Source: Squalus acanthias
Taxonomy: Eukaryota
Length of the DNA stretch: 64,000 nucleotides
Direction: 5' to 3'
Assembly: GCA_030390025.1 (NCBI GenBank)
Contig: CM059432.1
Coordinates: 18,230,001-18,294,000 of the forward strand
Shown: positions 24,447-38,061 of the stretch, in pieces
Layout: each line of letters begins with the position of its first letter
Position numbering within the stretch: position 1 is the stretch's first letter
Made by a program: the position numbers and the translations under genes
The notes under the pieces: generated by a model
Told to the model about the DNA's origin: nothing
The model's database searches: none
What the model saw: the letters and a program-made list of their open reading frames with translations, nothing else

Positions 24447-24961
24447 TAGCTGACATTGGAGAGAAGTGAGCCAGACGTCGGAGGGAGGCTGGGGGGCTGG
24501 GGGGGTTCCGATCATGGGGATGGGAGCAGGTAAGCTTTGCGGGGCCGGGGGGAAGCTCTCCTGCTCCTCTTGGCACACAAGCAGTGCTGGAAAAGCACTT
24601 ACCTGTTCTATGTAGCCGTTCCCGCCTCCCTTCAGCTGCCGGGATTCCCGAGTCCCGGAAAACACGTCCCGCAGGTGTTAAATCTGGAGCAGAGATAACA
24701 TTTTAGGCAGGCAGCCTCATTAAAATATTTTAATCACCGGCCCGTCTCTGGAGAGCAAGGTAGTCGCCCACCCCCCCAACCCGTCTCCGTTAAAACTGGA
24801 AGTGGGCGCGTTGGAGACGGTTTGGGGTCGGGTTTCGCATTTATTCATTTTTAACCGCCCACCTGCCCCCCCTGCCCGTCCTTGGGGGTTAAAATTCCCC
24901 CAATGTCTCACACAATTAAGAATATCTTATTTTACTCCTGTATTGATGACATGTGATGGCA

Positions 24962-25395
24962 TTAGGAACATAGGAACAGGAGTAGGCCATACAACCCCTC
25001 GAGCCTGTTCCTCCATTCAATTTGATCATGGTCAATCTGTATCTCAAGCCTATCCACCCGCCTTGCTTCCGTAACCCTTCATACCCTTGCCTAACAAAAA
25101 TCCATCAACCTCAGATGTTACATTTTCAATTGACCTAGCTTTTTGGGGGCGAGAGTTCCATATTTCCACTATCCTTTGTGTGAAGATATCCTTCCTGACA
25201 CCACCCCTGAATGGCCTAGCTCTAATTTTAAGGTTATGCCCCCTTATCCTGGACTCCCCCACCAGTAGAAAGAGTTTCTATCTACCCGATCAAATCCTTA
25301 AACACGTCTATTAGATCAACCCTTACTCTTAATCTTCTATACTCAAGGGAATACAAGCCTAGCCTATGCCACCTGTCCTCATAATTTAACCCGTT
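24962..25395 (-). mobile_element. CR1 LINE 3' fragment
   Basis: GESRIRGHNLKIRARPF...FTQRIVEIWNS plus the tail. Confidence 0.85.
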
Positions 25396-25465
25396 CAATG
25401 CTTATAATGAGGCAAGACAGTAATGGTGCTCTCAGCAGGTTGTTGACTTTATGCCCACAGACACA

Positions 25466-27550
25466 GACCTAGAAATTTGATTGAGCCTGAAAATGGGCAC
25501 ATGGGGGCCGGGGCACGTGTGCATAAGAACAACATGAAATTATTGCCGCTAGCTCATTATAATAAGCCAGGCATGGAGGCAGTGTTACCGACGCTACTTA
25601 TTGGCTGCATGCCTTTTTTTGCGGGGTGGGAAATCAGGCTTAACTTAAAGGCAGCCAGCACCTGTTAAAGGGAAGGTGCACTCTGGCTGCAGATGGCAAG
25701 GAAACTTTGCAAGTTGAGCAACAGCTGCAAGACGTACAGAGAAGGGACCCAGGCTCTCTGATCCATTGTCGCAGGCCTTGGTCCAGGCGGTGGACAGGAG
25801 GAGGGAGATCCATTTCACCTCTCCCTTGAGGGGGGTGGTGGGTAGGCGGCAGTAAGTCCTCTAGGCAACACCTCCACTAAAGAGGTTGCAGAGGAGGTCA
25901 CTGGCAGGAGCTTAGCTCCCAGGACGTGGCTGCAATGTAGAAAAAAGTTCAATGACCTCACCAGAGTTGTTAAGGTAAGAATCTTACTTCTCACATCAAT
26001 TACTCTCTCCTCACACCTGAATCACTTGCAGCCTCACTACTCACAATACTCCACTCCCCGCTTCCCTTCACTCTCCCGCAGTTACTGCACCACACTTCAC
26101 TCCACCTCCTGCTCCTCCTACTCACACACTCTGCACCTCCTACTCTCACCACTATTGCAACCCTCACTATTCCTCACCTCACATCTTCTGCACAAACATA
26201 CATACAAACTACTTGACCATGACAGGTACATTCTCTAAACACCTTACAAGTTCGTCACTAACCCACTCGTTTCTTTTTTGCAATAGAAGGTCGCACACAA
26301 CATGAGGCTTGAAACTGGCGGATGCCAAGCCCGACTGTACACCCTTTCTCCTCTGGAAGAAAACGTGCTGGCCATCACGGGCATGGGGAGAGTCATGGCC
26401 ATGGTGAGTGGCAATGCTGGAGGAGACAGGGTTTCTTCACAACTTATCCTCTTTTTCCCTTCTTATCTCTATTTCACCTTAGTGTGTGATGAACTGCAGC
26501 TGCTTTCAGCCGCCATTCATCTCTCTCTGCTCTCTCTTCACACTAAAAGCTAACACTTATCTCTCTATTTCATTTCACGTGCTGAAAATGTTGAGGCCCC
26601 TGTGTCACTTCAGGAAGAAAGGGAGGCCTTCTGGAAGATGCCCCATCCCTCGAACTGACCCTAGCAAGCACCGGCTCAGAGACTGACACCACGTGCACTT
26701 TAGAGGGTAGGTTGCAGAGGGATCTCCATGTGGTGAATCACCGGCCACAAGGGTAGGGCACGGGGATAGGACCCCACAGGTGCCAGCACACCAGAGGGCA
26801 AGATCGCATATTAACTCTGCTGCAGAGGACTCAGATACTGACTTTGAAGTCCCAGTCTACTGAAGAAGACAGGAAACATACACCAGGAAATGCTAGGTGC
26901 ACTGGGCAGCCTGCCAGTGAGCTTGCACTCAATGGCTCAAGAGCATGGAGCAGTCCAGTTCCAAAGTGTGTCAGGGCTTTTCACAGAATATGGAGACCAT
27001 TCTGCCCAATGTGGAGTGAGTGATCAACATCCAGAAACACGACAGTGGCACCCATCACGACGGTGCCTTGACTGACAGCTCTACTGACATAGGAGATCTG
27101 AGGTGCAGTCCCAGGAGAGTGGTCTTGGGTCCATGGGAGAGGCATCCGCTGCCCTCTCTCAGGATGACAGACTACCACCCACTCTGCCAGTGCCCTTGTT
27201 AGTGCCACACAGGCAGCTGGGCCAGACCGCCCTGCCTACGCCGAGATGCTGCAGTCTGCAGCCGTGCCCTCAGGGCCCGTAGCTGCTCGTGTTCACCCAC
27301 TATGGCCATCTGGTGTCTTCAATGAAATCTCAGCATCCTTCCAGCTCCCAAGCTGTAGCCATTGGGGATACACGTGATAGGAACACTAGGAAAGGTAAAC
27401 GAGCACATAAGACAGGTACTATGGGAGTTTTTAGTATTCTTGTTAACTATTATACACAGATGGAATAGAGCTGTTGCAGTAATTTTTATTTCTGGAATTG
27501 ATGTTGGTGTTAATATTTGTACTGAAATGAGGGCAAGACCCAAAAAACGA
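25466..27550 (+). pseudogene. Degenerate Harbinger end plus Myb/SANT-like gene remnant
   Basis: Terminus-like GACCTAGAAATT, and RTWLQCRKKFNDLTRVVK followed by a GTAAGA donor at 25975. Exon 2-like KVAHNMRLETGGCQARLYTLSPLEENVLAI lies at about 26290-26430. Confidence 0.75.
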
Positions 27551-28704
27551 GACTAAAGGAAGGCAATCGGATGGCGATAAGGACAGTGGTGGTAAGGATT
27601 GTAGGACTGTTGGTGTATTGCGGATGAGAGGGATGGTGCATGTGAAATGTTTTTGGATGAGTTGGATTATATTCTTTCAAGGTGAGGTGGTAAAGGGGAG
27701 TTTAAAAGGGAGGTACTTTGTTGGGCAGTAAGGGATAGGAGGATAAATTCACCGTGGTTTTACTGCCCGTGTAGAGGCTCCCAAGCTTTGTGTTGTATTC
27801 CGATCTCTGACCCAACTTCTGCCGAGTGAGGTTTAGCATCGGGAGTGTAGCCAACGTGGAATTTGCCCTTTGGAAAAAAAGGCAAGGAATTGGAATGAGA
27901 AAGCAGAGCTGCCGTGGCCAGATAAAATGGCTGAGCAGGTTGAATGGCCTACTCCTGTTTGTATATTCCTAAAAGTATTACATTGTAGTCTGCAAATTAG
28001 ACCACAACATTGGCTGGTTTAAATATATTTTACTACAACTAGACAAGGCCCTTGATCACACAATTTGAATTTATGGTGCATTTGTTGAAAATAAGATGTG
28101 GAAGAACTCTGATGAATTTTTGCTTGCACTTGCTCCTGGCAGACAGAGTAAAGAGCATGGCAACATTTTAAAACCCTATGATTTATAATATGTTAATATG
28201 TGCATAAAGTACACTCCCTGCGGAGATAAGAATTTCATTTCTCACACTGCCACTTATCAAAGGGGGGACTCAGCTGGTGCCTTGCTGCCCTTTTCACGCT
28301 CGAGCACTCTTGACGACACTCATATTCCCCGCAAGGACTAACTGATTCACAGAGGATGCCAACAGCATCTGCCCACATTAAAAGTTCAGGGAAAAAAAAA
28401 CTATAATGACCAGCGAGTCTTTAAATGCGGATAATAAACAGAAACAGAGGATGAACAGTTGATCCTGGGCCACTCTGGGCTTGAAGACTTGATGCTCTTG
28501 AAAGTGAGCCAAGAGCATCTAGCTGGACGGCTATGTTACTGAACGGGTAGTTGCTGAGATGGGCACTGGGCATTGCACTCTTCACCCTATCAAATGCTGT
28601 TTTTCACATGCTTATTGGATTTTTTGTACGCAGACACGAGCACATCACAAAAAGAAAGCCAAGCATTGCTAACTTTCACGCCATTTCTTCCATTCAATTC
28701 AACT

Positions 28705-29327
28705 AGAGTCATAGAGTCAGAGAGTTGTACAGCACAGAAAGAGGCCCTTCGGCCCAGCGTGTCTGCGCCGGCCATCAAGCCCTGTCTATTCTAATCCCAT
28801 TTTCCAGCACTTGGTCCGTAGCCTTGTATGCTATAGCGTTTCAAGTGCTCATCTAAATGCTTCTTGAATGTTGTGAGGGTTCCTGCCTCTACCACCCTTT
28901 CAGGCAGTGAGTTCCAGATTCCAACCGCCCTCTGGGTGAAAAAGTTTTTCCTCAAATCCCCTCTAAACCTCCTGCCCCTTACCTTGAAACTATGCCCCCT
29001 GGTTATTGACCCCTCTACTAAGGGGAAAAGTTCCTTTCTATCTACCCTATCTATGCCCCTCATAATTTTGTACACCTCAATCAGGTCCCCCCTCAGCCTT
29101 CTCTGCTCTAAGGAAAACAACCCCAGCCTGTCCAGTCTCTCTTCATAGCTGAAGCGCTGCAGCCCAGGTAACATCCTGGTGAATCTCCTCTGCACCCTCT
29201 CCAACGCAATCACATCCTTCCTATAGTGTGGCGACCAGAACTGCACACAGTATTCCAGCTGTGGCCTAACTAGCGTTTTGTACAGCTCCATCATAACCTC
29301 CCTGCTCTTATATTCTATGCCTCGGCT
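28705..29327 (-). mobile_element. CR1 LINE 3' fragment, uninterrupted ORF2 C-terminus
   Basis: RGIEYKSREVMMELYKTLVRPQLEYCVQFWSPHYRKD...GYGPSAGKWD*. Confidence 0.92.
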
Positions 29328-29854
29328 TACTACCCAATGACACGCTAGGGTATCGCTTTGTTTGAGCTGAGGGGAACCACGAAATGGCCATAAATATATA
29401 AGGCGCCGCGTGGGTGAACTCAGTGGAGGAGCCGAGACCCAGAGAAAACATGCATCGACCCTATTACACCAGGAGTAGGAGTTATTCCTGCACAATTCAA
29501 AAAGGCAGCAAAATCTGAAATACAGGCACCAATCTGCCCAACCTTAATTGTCTCTTTCCAATCTCATTCCTCATCCTTGTAATATCTCCAAATCCTTTTA
29601 GTTCTGATGTCAAGAATTATTTCCTCAGTCCACTTTAAAAAAAATTACACTGCTGTCAGCATAGATACAATTACTTTTCCAATTGATCTCCATTAAAAAT
29701 GTAAACTGTCTACAGTGTGGGCTAGCTAGTAAATCTGGGAGTATCCTCACTTATGTTAACACTAAGCATAATAATTCAAAATCCATATTAGGGTGAATTT
29801 GCAGGGTCTGTGGAAGGTGTGGGCACAGTGGGTGAATGACTGTTGCTCTTCGAT

Positions 29855-30316
29855 GTCAGCCGTGGCTCAGTGGGTAGCACTCTCACCTCTGAGTCAGAAG
29901 GTTGTGGGTTCATAGTCCCACTCCAGAGACTAGAGCACAAAAATCCAGGCTGATTCAGTGCAGTACTGAGGGAGTGCTGCACTGTGGAAGGTGCTGTCTT
30001 TCACATCAGATGAGAGGTTAAACTGAGGCCCCGTCTGCTCTCTAAGGTGGATGTAAAAGATCCCATGGCACTACTTTGAAGAAGAGCAGGGGAGTTATCC
30101 CTGGTGTCCTGGCCAATATTTATCCCTCAATCAACATCACTAAAAAACAGATTATCTGGTCATTATCACATTGCTGTTTGTGGGAGCTTGCTGTGTACAA
30201 ATTGGCTGCCGCGTTTCCTACATTACAACAGTGGCTACACTTCAAAAGTATTTAATTGGCTGTAAAGCATTTTGAGACATCTTGCAAGGTGCTATATAAA
30301 TGCATGTCTTTCTTTC
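29855..30316 (+). mobile_element. Full-length tRNA-headed Deu-domain SINE (SacSINE1-like)
   Basis: A box TGGCTCAGTGGG, B box, Deu core (gtctttc...gatgag...aaactgagg...gatcccatggcact...gtcctggccaa) and an L2-like tail. Confidence 0.9.
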
Positions 30317-30668
30317 ATCTTATTTTCTAAACACTCAGTGGCACTTCATCTGGTGCCCCAAAACAGTCAATAAAACTAATCATCAGAAAATATTTCCACA
30401 ATTCTTGTCAATCAGGTCAATGGCTCACATCAATTTTAACTCTTGCAGCTGGATAATAGAAAAAAACCTGGAATATAAACTTGAACCAAACCATCTAGCA
30501 AATGATTTAAACATTTAATTAGCTGCTCCCTGCAACTCCTCATCTGCACCTGCATCTGACGGAATGTTGCCACCTGCTGATTACGTGCAAGTGTGACTGA
30601 GCTGGAAGTTCAGGGCCTGCTACCTTTGACTTTTTTCATTTATCTTGGTGTAGTGTGTTTTGTGCTTA

Positions 30669-31128
30669 AGCTGTGGCTCAGTTGGTAGCACTCTTGCCTC
30701 TGAGTTAGAAGGTTGTGGGTTCATAGTCCCACTCCAGAACCTTTGAGCACATAAGCTAGGCTGACACATCGGGGCAATACTGAGGGAGTGTTACACTGTT
30801 GGAGGTACCATCTTCTGGATGAGACGTTAAACTGAGGCCCTGTCTGCCCTCTCAGGTGGATGTAAAAGATTCCCTGGAACTATTTTGAAGAATAGGGGAG
30901 TTCTCCCTGGTTTCCTGGCCAATATTTATCCCTCAACAAACATCACTAAAAGAAACATATTAACTGGCCATTATCTTTTATACCGCTTGTGGGACCTTGC
31001 TGTGAGCAAATTGGCTGCCGCATTTCCTACATTACAACAGTGGCTACACTTCAAAAATACTTAATTGGCTGTAAAGTGCTTTGGGACGTCCTGAGGTCAT
31101 GAAAGGCGCTATATGAATGCAAGTCTTT
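30669..31128 (+). mobile_element. Full-length Deu-domain SINE
   Basis: Collinear with 29855-30316. Confidence 0.9.
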
Positions 31129-31217
31129 TAAGGGGATGAGAAATATCAGTGCCGCGGAATGGAATACTTTTTCACTTTTGGCTCCCTCTACACTGCCCTA
31201 ACAATGTGTTCAATTGT

Positions 31218-33598
31218 AGAATCATAGAATCATACAGCACAGAAGGAGGCCATTTGGCCCAGCATGCCTTTGCCGGCTCTTTAAAAGAACTGTCCAATTA
31301 ATCCCACTACCCTGCTCTTTTCCCATAGCAATTCCTTTTTGAAAGTTACTATTGAAACTGCTTTCACTACCCTTTTTGGGTAATGAGTAATGAGATAATG
31401 GCCAATGATGGCGGAGCCCAGCACGTGAGTGCAAAAGACAAGGCTGAAGCGTTTGCAACCATCTTCAGCCAGAAGTGCCGAGTGGATGATTCATATCGGC
31501 CTCCTCCTGACGTCCCCACCATCACAGAAGCCAGTCTTCAGCCAATTCGATTCACTCCACGTGATATCAAGAAACGGCCGTGCGCACTGGATACAACAAA
31601 GGCTATTGGCCCCGACAACATCCCGGCTGTTGTGCTGAAGACTTGCGCTCCAGAACTAGCCGTACCTTTAGCCAAGCTGTTCCAGTACAGCTATGACACT
31701 GGCATCTACCCGACAATGTGGAAAATTGCCCAGTTATGTTCTGTCCACAAAAAGCAGGACAAATCCAACCCGGCCAATTATCGCCCATCAGTCTAATCTC
31801 AATCATCAGCAAAGTGATGGAAGGTGTCGTCGACAGTGCTATCAAGCGGTACCAAATCACCAATATCCTGCTCACCGATGTTCAGTTTGGGTTCTGTCAG
31901 GACCACTCGGCTCCAGACCTCATTACAGTCTTGGTCCAAACATGGATAAAAGAGCTGAATTCCAGAGGTGAAGTGAGAGTGACTGCCCTTGACCAAGGCA
32001 GCATTTGACCGAGTGTGGCATCAAGGAGTCCTAGTAAAATTGAAGTCAATGGTAATCAGGTGGAAAACTTTCCACTGGCTGGAGTCATACCTAGCACAAA
32101 GGAAGATGGTTGTGTTTGTTGGTCAATCATCTCAGCCCCAGGACAGCGCTGCAGGAGTTCCTCAAGGCAGTGTCCTAGGTCCAACCATCTTCAGTTGCTT
32201 CATCACTGACCTTCCCTCCATCATAAGGTCAGAAGTGGGGATGTTCGCTGATGATTGCACAGTGTTCAGTTCCATTCGCAACTCCCCAGATAATGAAGCA
32301 GTCTATGCCCGCATGCAGCAAGACCTGGATAAAATTCAGGCTTGGGCTGATAAGTGCCAAGTAACATTCATGCCAAACAAGTGCCAGGCAATGACTATGT
32401 CCAACAAGCGAGAGTCTAACCACCGCCCTGTGACATTCAACAGCATGAGCATCGCCGAATCCCCCACCATTGACCAGAAACTTAACTGGACCAGCTACAT
32501 AAATACTGTAGCTACAAGAGCAGGTCAGAGGCTGGGTATTCTGCGGTGAGTGTCTCACCTCCTGACTCCCCAAAGCCTTTCCACCATCTACAAGGCACAA
32601 GTCAGGAGTGTGATGGAATACTCTCCACTTGTCTGGATGAGTGCAGCTCCAACAACACTCAAGAAGCTCAACACCAGCCAGGACAAAGCAGCCCGCTTGA
32701 TTGGCACCGCATCCACCACCTTAAACATTCACTCCCTCCACCACAGGCAGCAGACGCAGGGGAACACCATCACCTGCAAGTTCCCCTCCAAGTCACACAT
32801 CATCCTGACATGGAAATATATCGCTGTTGCTTCATCGTCGCTGGGTCAAAATCCTGGAACTCTCTCCCTAACAGCACTGTGGGAGTACCTTCACCACATG
32901 TACTGCAGCGGTTCAAGAAGGCAGCTCACCACCACCTTCTCAAGGGCAATTAGGGATGGGCAATAAATGCCGGCCTTGCCAGCGACGCCCACATCCCAGG
33001 AACGAATTAAAAAAACTCTTTCAGGCAGTGCATTCCAGATCATAACAACTCGCTGATTAAAAACATTTCTCTGCATCTCCCCTCTGGTTCTTTTGCCAAT
33101 ATAATCTGTGTCCTGTGGTTACCGGCCCTCCAACCCATGTACTCTATCATAACCCTTCATAATTTTGAACACCTTTATTAAATTTCCCCTTAATATTCTC
33201 TGCTGTAAGAAGAACAATCCTAGCTTCTCTAGTCTCTCCACATAACTCAAGTCCCTCATCCCTGGTACCATTCTAGTGAATCTTCAAGGCCTTGACATCC
33301 TTCCTAAAGTTTGGTGCCCAGAATTGAACACAATACTCCAGCTGAGGCCTAACCAGTGTTTTATAAAGCTTTAGCATAACCTCCTTGCTTTTGTACTCTA
33401 TTCCTCTATTCAAAAAGCCCAGCATCCCATATGCCTTTTTAACAACCTTCTCAACTTGTCCTGCCACTTTCAAAGATTTGTGTTCATACACTCCCCAGGT
33501 CTCTCTGTTCCTGCACCCCCCCCCCCCACTTGAAATTGTGCCATTTAGTTTATATTGCCTCTCCTCATTTTTCCTTCCAAAATGCATCACTTCACACA
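31218..33598 (-). mobile_element. CR1 LINE split by a family-B LINE
   Basis: Tail at 31218 and ORF2 remnant at 33273-33599 (KLYKTLVRPQLEYCVQFWAP). Confidence 0.82.
31402..33016 (+). mobile_element. Family-B LINE with a frameshifted reverse transcriptase domain
   Basis: KAIGPDNIP, NYRPISL, AFDRVWH, GVPQGSVLGP and MFADD motifs across frames, with an A-tail. Confidence 0.92.
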
Positions 33599-33868
33599 TG
33601 TGCAGTAGGTCAGTTCCAGGAATCCGCTGCCTATTTACAATTGGCCCGGCTTTATCCCGTTATGTTGTTATCTTTTGTACCAAATAAGCGTACAAAAAAG
33701 AATCCCACCGGAATAAATCCCCGGCATGGTGGCCTCCTTCTCCCCTGACTTTCCGCTCCTGCCCGCTGGCCAGCTGTGGGTTTTAGTCGGGAACTTGACC
33801 GGGCCCATGCAGATGAGGTCGGGTCGACCTTCCGCCTGCCTGGGCCCCAAGCCCGCACGACTGAAGCC

Positions 33869-35131
33869 TGTAGCGGGTGGGGTGGCTCAGTGAGCGGTTC
33901 AAATCGCTCCCACGCCCCTGGTTCTAGACCTTGGACTTATTTAGGGGTTGTGAATAAAGATGCAGTAGACAACAGGGTCTGATGAAAGAATTTTAACTTT
34001 ATTAAAAGAAAAAGGTAACAAACTTAAAACACTCTTAATGCTTAAACACAGGTTGGGGAACACATTGGTACAAGCGAGGGAAATGACCTTAGAAGAATAC
34101 TTCACCCCTCCCAATCCCACTTCACTAGCTAGGTTGGACTCTGGAGAACCAGGGATAATGCTCACCAAACTAATCCTTGACAGTTGAGAGTTAGGGTTTA
34201 GAGTCTTTTGAGTAAAAGGTTTCGTCAGGCCCTTGTTGCCACGAGGTGTCCGATGGTCACTGAGGCAGTCGCTCTGGTTTCTTCTTGCGTGTCGGTCTGC
34301 TTGTGACGCTGTTGGCCTTCTTTGTTTAACTTCTTGCTGTAACTCTGCCTCTGTTTAAACTGTCTTCTTCCGAGCTGTGGAACTGCCTTCTTGCAGAACT
34401 GTGGAAACTTCCTTCTGCCTGCTTGTCCTGAACTTTGTAACTCCAGCACTGACTTCTTGCTGAAAACAGGCTTTTCGATTGAACTGCAGAACTGCCTTCT
34501 GTTGAACTTGAACTGTTTTACTGGCGAACTTCAACTGTTGTAACTGCTTGATGGGCCTTCAATTATACTAAATTGAAGTGGCCTTGTCAAAACCAAATCA
34601 AATCCTGGTCATTGTAAGACCTCGTTAACAGTAATGACTTTACTAAGTGTCAAATGGCTTGCGTCCTGTCGATCTGTTCGGTTGATTACAGGTGATTGGT
34701 TTCGTGTTTTGGGTTTCTAGGCTGGACTCGGGTTTTTCTATAGAATGTTCCTGAGCGATTTGAATTATGCATGGTTTTGATGGGTCTGTGATAGGTTTTA
34801 ATGGGGCCTGTGTTTTGGGTGGGGCTGCCTTCTCCCAGGGTCTATTGTCCAAATGTTAATGCTTGCTGGGGCTTGAGTGAGGTCATCCCGATTCCCCAGA
34901 CAATGCAATTTAACTGCAATACCCAAAACTGATATTACAGAGGTCGCACCCACCTCCTGTGCAGCCTTTTCTCCCTTACAGGTCCAGACATGTCTTTTAA
35001 AATGCCAAAACTTGGTTTTTGGTCTTAAATTCCTTATGTTAGGCCCAAATGCAGTTTTATCACTCTGGGGTAGTTCCAAAGTCCTTTTTTCCTTAGGTTT
35101 TGGGGAGCTGCAAATTTTTGGAAACCTTACA
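33869..35131 (-). mobile_element. Solo LTR (1263 bp)
   Basis: TGTA...TACA termini and 4-bp TSD AGCC. Inverted copy of 56383-57685. Confidence 0.92.
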
Positions 35132-35214
35132 AGCCCTGAGTTAAAATAAACTGAACTTAACCTTGGTGCAACTACAGCTTATAACACTGGTGTCATAATG
35201 TTTTGTACATTTTT

Positions 35215-35337
35215 TTAAAAATTCGCTTATGGGATCTGGGCGTCGCTGGCAAGGCCTGGCATTTATTGCCCATCCCTAGTTGCCCTTGAGAAGGTGGTGG
35301 TGAGCTGCCTTCTTGAACCGCTGCAGTCCTTGTGGAG
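35215..35337 (-). mobile_element. Family-B LINE 3' tip
   Basis: Reverse complement of GLQRFKKAAHHHLLKGN* and its 3' UTR. Confidence 0.85.
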
Positions 35338-36724
35338 TTGCATAAATTATTTGGATATGTTTCCTAATAATTGGCTGGATTGTTGTTTTCAGCTCATGGG
35401 TGGCAATTGTTGACCAGTGTGTTAAAGCGACACGGGTCGATGCGGACTGGTTGCTTAGCACCTAGCCTGTCATATCTGCTTGATTGCATGATGGGAATAG
35501 CATTACCGCTGCTGCGATGATCTGCATTGCCATTTAGCCTGTACGGGAGTGACTGCACTCAATAAAATCCTGGAATATGGCAACTCATCAGAAATTTTGG
35601 AGGTATCTTTATTGCTCGCTTATTTTACCAGAACCTGCACAACACCCTCTCTCCCTCCAACTCCTTTTTCCCCGTCAACTGACTGCGATCGTTACAATCT
35701 GCAAACATACAAGCATCCTACTACTAGCCGTGGTAACGATCCACCAATATAATTGGGGGCTGACATTCTCCGCAGAAGGGGGGGAAATCAGTCGGGAAGA
35801 CTCGCGGTTAATGAGGACGATTTAAGAAGAAGCTATCATTTAGTGGATTGCCTTTGCCCTGCTGCGTCATCAGGAGGTGATTTCCATGGCTGTCGCCCTC
35901 CGAATTCAGTGTCATTTGCCCTGGAGCTTCCCAACCTACTTTCCTTAGCATTTGACACGGCTAATTTTGTGCAGCGTTTCGGCTTGACTGAAGCTGGTGC
36001 TGCTTAAAAAGAAGTAAGCACGAGCTAATTTGACTGAATACTCAGTATGCTGCTCACAGTGTCATACATAATAGCCAGGGAAGAATGAACAAAGGATGGC
36101 ATGTATTTTTAAACACTGATTTGGAATTAAGTGTAAATTTGCATGATATAACCCAAATATTAACAAAGAAAGCCACTCTCTATTATCCACACTGCTCATT
36201 TTAATTTACGTTGGCTTTTCACATTTAATTTTAGTTTTGTAAGCTTATGCAAGACAAAAAAAATCCTAAATTAACTGAGAGAGCTTTGAAATACAATTAG
36301 GAGGAAAGGTGCCAGCTAGGGAATAAAAACTGGAGAAGCTGCACGTTACACAGCTAAAAATGAGTTGTTGATACAGTATTAACTCAGAGATATGGATAAA
36401 TAATTGATGAATTTCCCCCTTATAAAATCCGTCGTCTGATTCAGTCAATGCACGTAAATTAAAGTTAAAGAGCAGCCAGTGCCATTTAAAAAATAAAATT
36501 AGCAATATCTTTAACTTGCTCTTGTTTACTTCTAATGTTGATTTTCTTTCTACTGAGTATTTTTGTTTAAACGCTATGGGGTGGGGGGGGAAGATGAATT
36601 GGTCTGGTTGTTACATGTAACAACATCGTAAATGATGTTCATGAAGGATTTTTCTGCTCCCTATTTCTAGCAAAATTATATCTGTATTCAAAAAGAAGGT
36701 GTTTATCACCTGGTTATAAACATT

Positions 36725-37694
36725 GACCAGAATTTAATCTGGTGGTGGGTCGGGAGCGGGGCAGGGGAGGCGGGGGCTGGAATGTGGGGGCGAGAAAGCA
36801 GTCGGGAAGCCCAGGAGAACGGGTTTCCCGCAGGCCCTGCCAAATTTAATGGATCGGAGGCCTCGGGAGGGGGTGGGGTGTCCGATCGCAGTGGGTGGGT
36901 GAGGCAGGGACGTTGGATCTAGGAGGTATGTGGAAAGGCACTTACCTCCTGGATCCAGCAGTCCTCGCCTGCCTTTAGCTGGCTTGTTCCCGAGACTCGG
37001 AAAACCCGACCAACCAGAGTTAAATTTAAAATGGTGGATCACCATGAGGCACGCCAGCCTCATTATAATATTTAAATGGTCGACCCGCCTCCTGGGAGCG
37101 GGTTGGCTGCCCGCCCCCCATCCCACCTCCGTTAATACTGGAAGTAGGCGGGTTGGGGTCGGGATTCTGTTTTTTTTATCTTTTAACCTCCCACCTGACC
37201 CCAACCCACCTGTTTTTTGGGGGTTAAAAGTGGCTCAGTTGGTATCACCTTCGCCTCTGAGTCAGAAGGTTGTGGGTTCAAGTCCCACTCCAGAGACTTG
37301 AGCACAAAAATCTAGGCTGACATTCCAGTGTAGTACTGAGGGAGGTGCTGCAGTGTCGGAGGTGCCGTCTTTCAGATGAGATGTTAAACTGAGGCCTCGT
37401 CTACTCTCTGAGGTGGACGTGAAAGATCCCTTGGCACGATTTTGAAGAAGAGCAGGGGAGTTATCCCTGGTGTTTCTGGCCAATATTTATCCCTCAATCA
37501 ACAACATTAAAAAAACAGATCATCTGGTCATTATCACATTGCTGTTTGTGGGAGGTTGCTGTGCGCAAATTGGCGGCTACGATTCCTACATTACGTTTCA
37601 AAAGTACTTTATTGGTTGTAAAGCGGTTTGGGACATCCTGAGGTTGTGAAAGATGCTATATAAATGCAAGTCTTTCTTTTTTTAAATTCCCCCC
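36725..37694. mobile_element. Harbinger-type MITE with a SINE inserted next to its right terminus
   Basis: TSD ATT on both sides, ends GACCAGAATTT and AAATTCCCCCC. Interior is similar to 22787-24901. Confidence 0.72.
37230..37684 (+). mobile_element. Deu-domain SINE
   Basis: A and B boxes, Deu core, and a gctatataaatgcaagtctttc tail. Confidence 0.9.
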
Positions 37695-38061
37695 ATTAAC
37701 TGGGAGAAACTTCCATGGACTCCCACCGAAGTTCTAGTCATTGCTTAGTTTTCTCTCAATTCACTCTACCCACACTGTAGCTGTTGGCTCTTCACACAGT
37801 ATTCTTCAGAAAATAAAACTAAGAATATTAGAATTTATCGTGCCGTTCCGGGCCCTGCAGCTCAGGAAGGATATGTTGACCTTGAAGGAGATACAGCGGA
37901 GATTTATCACAATGATACCGGGGCTAAAAGAGTTAAATTATGAGGACAGGTTGCGTAGACTGGACTCGTATTCCTTGAGTATAGAAGATTAAGGGGTGAT
38001 TGAATTGAAGTATTTTAAGGTTATGCCACCTTGTTCTGGAAGCCCCCAATAGAGGAAATGA

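Larger units (their letters stand above)
22787..24901. mobile_element. Harbinger-type MITE hosting a SINE, which in turn hosts a Harbinger derivative
   Basis: TSD AAT on both sides, ends GGCCCCGACAAT and AAAATTCCCCC. Related to 36725-37694. Confidence 0.7.

Noticed and set aside
29855..29930. tRNA gene (also at the other SINE heads)
   Set aside because: The A and B boxes run straight into the SINE body and no convincing cloverleaf forms.
33600..35190. Outer LTR (TGTTAT...ATAACA) around the 33869 LTR
   Set aside because: The flanks do not match (ATGT versus CTGG). The GC-rich 33600-33868 segment looks more like a DNA-element end fragment.
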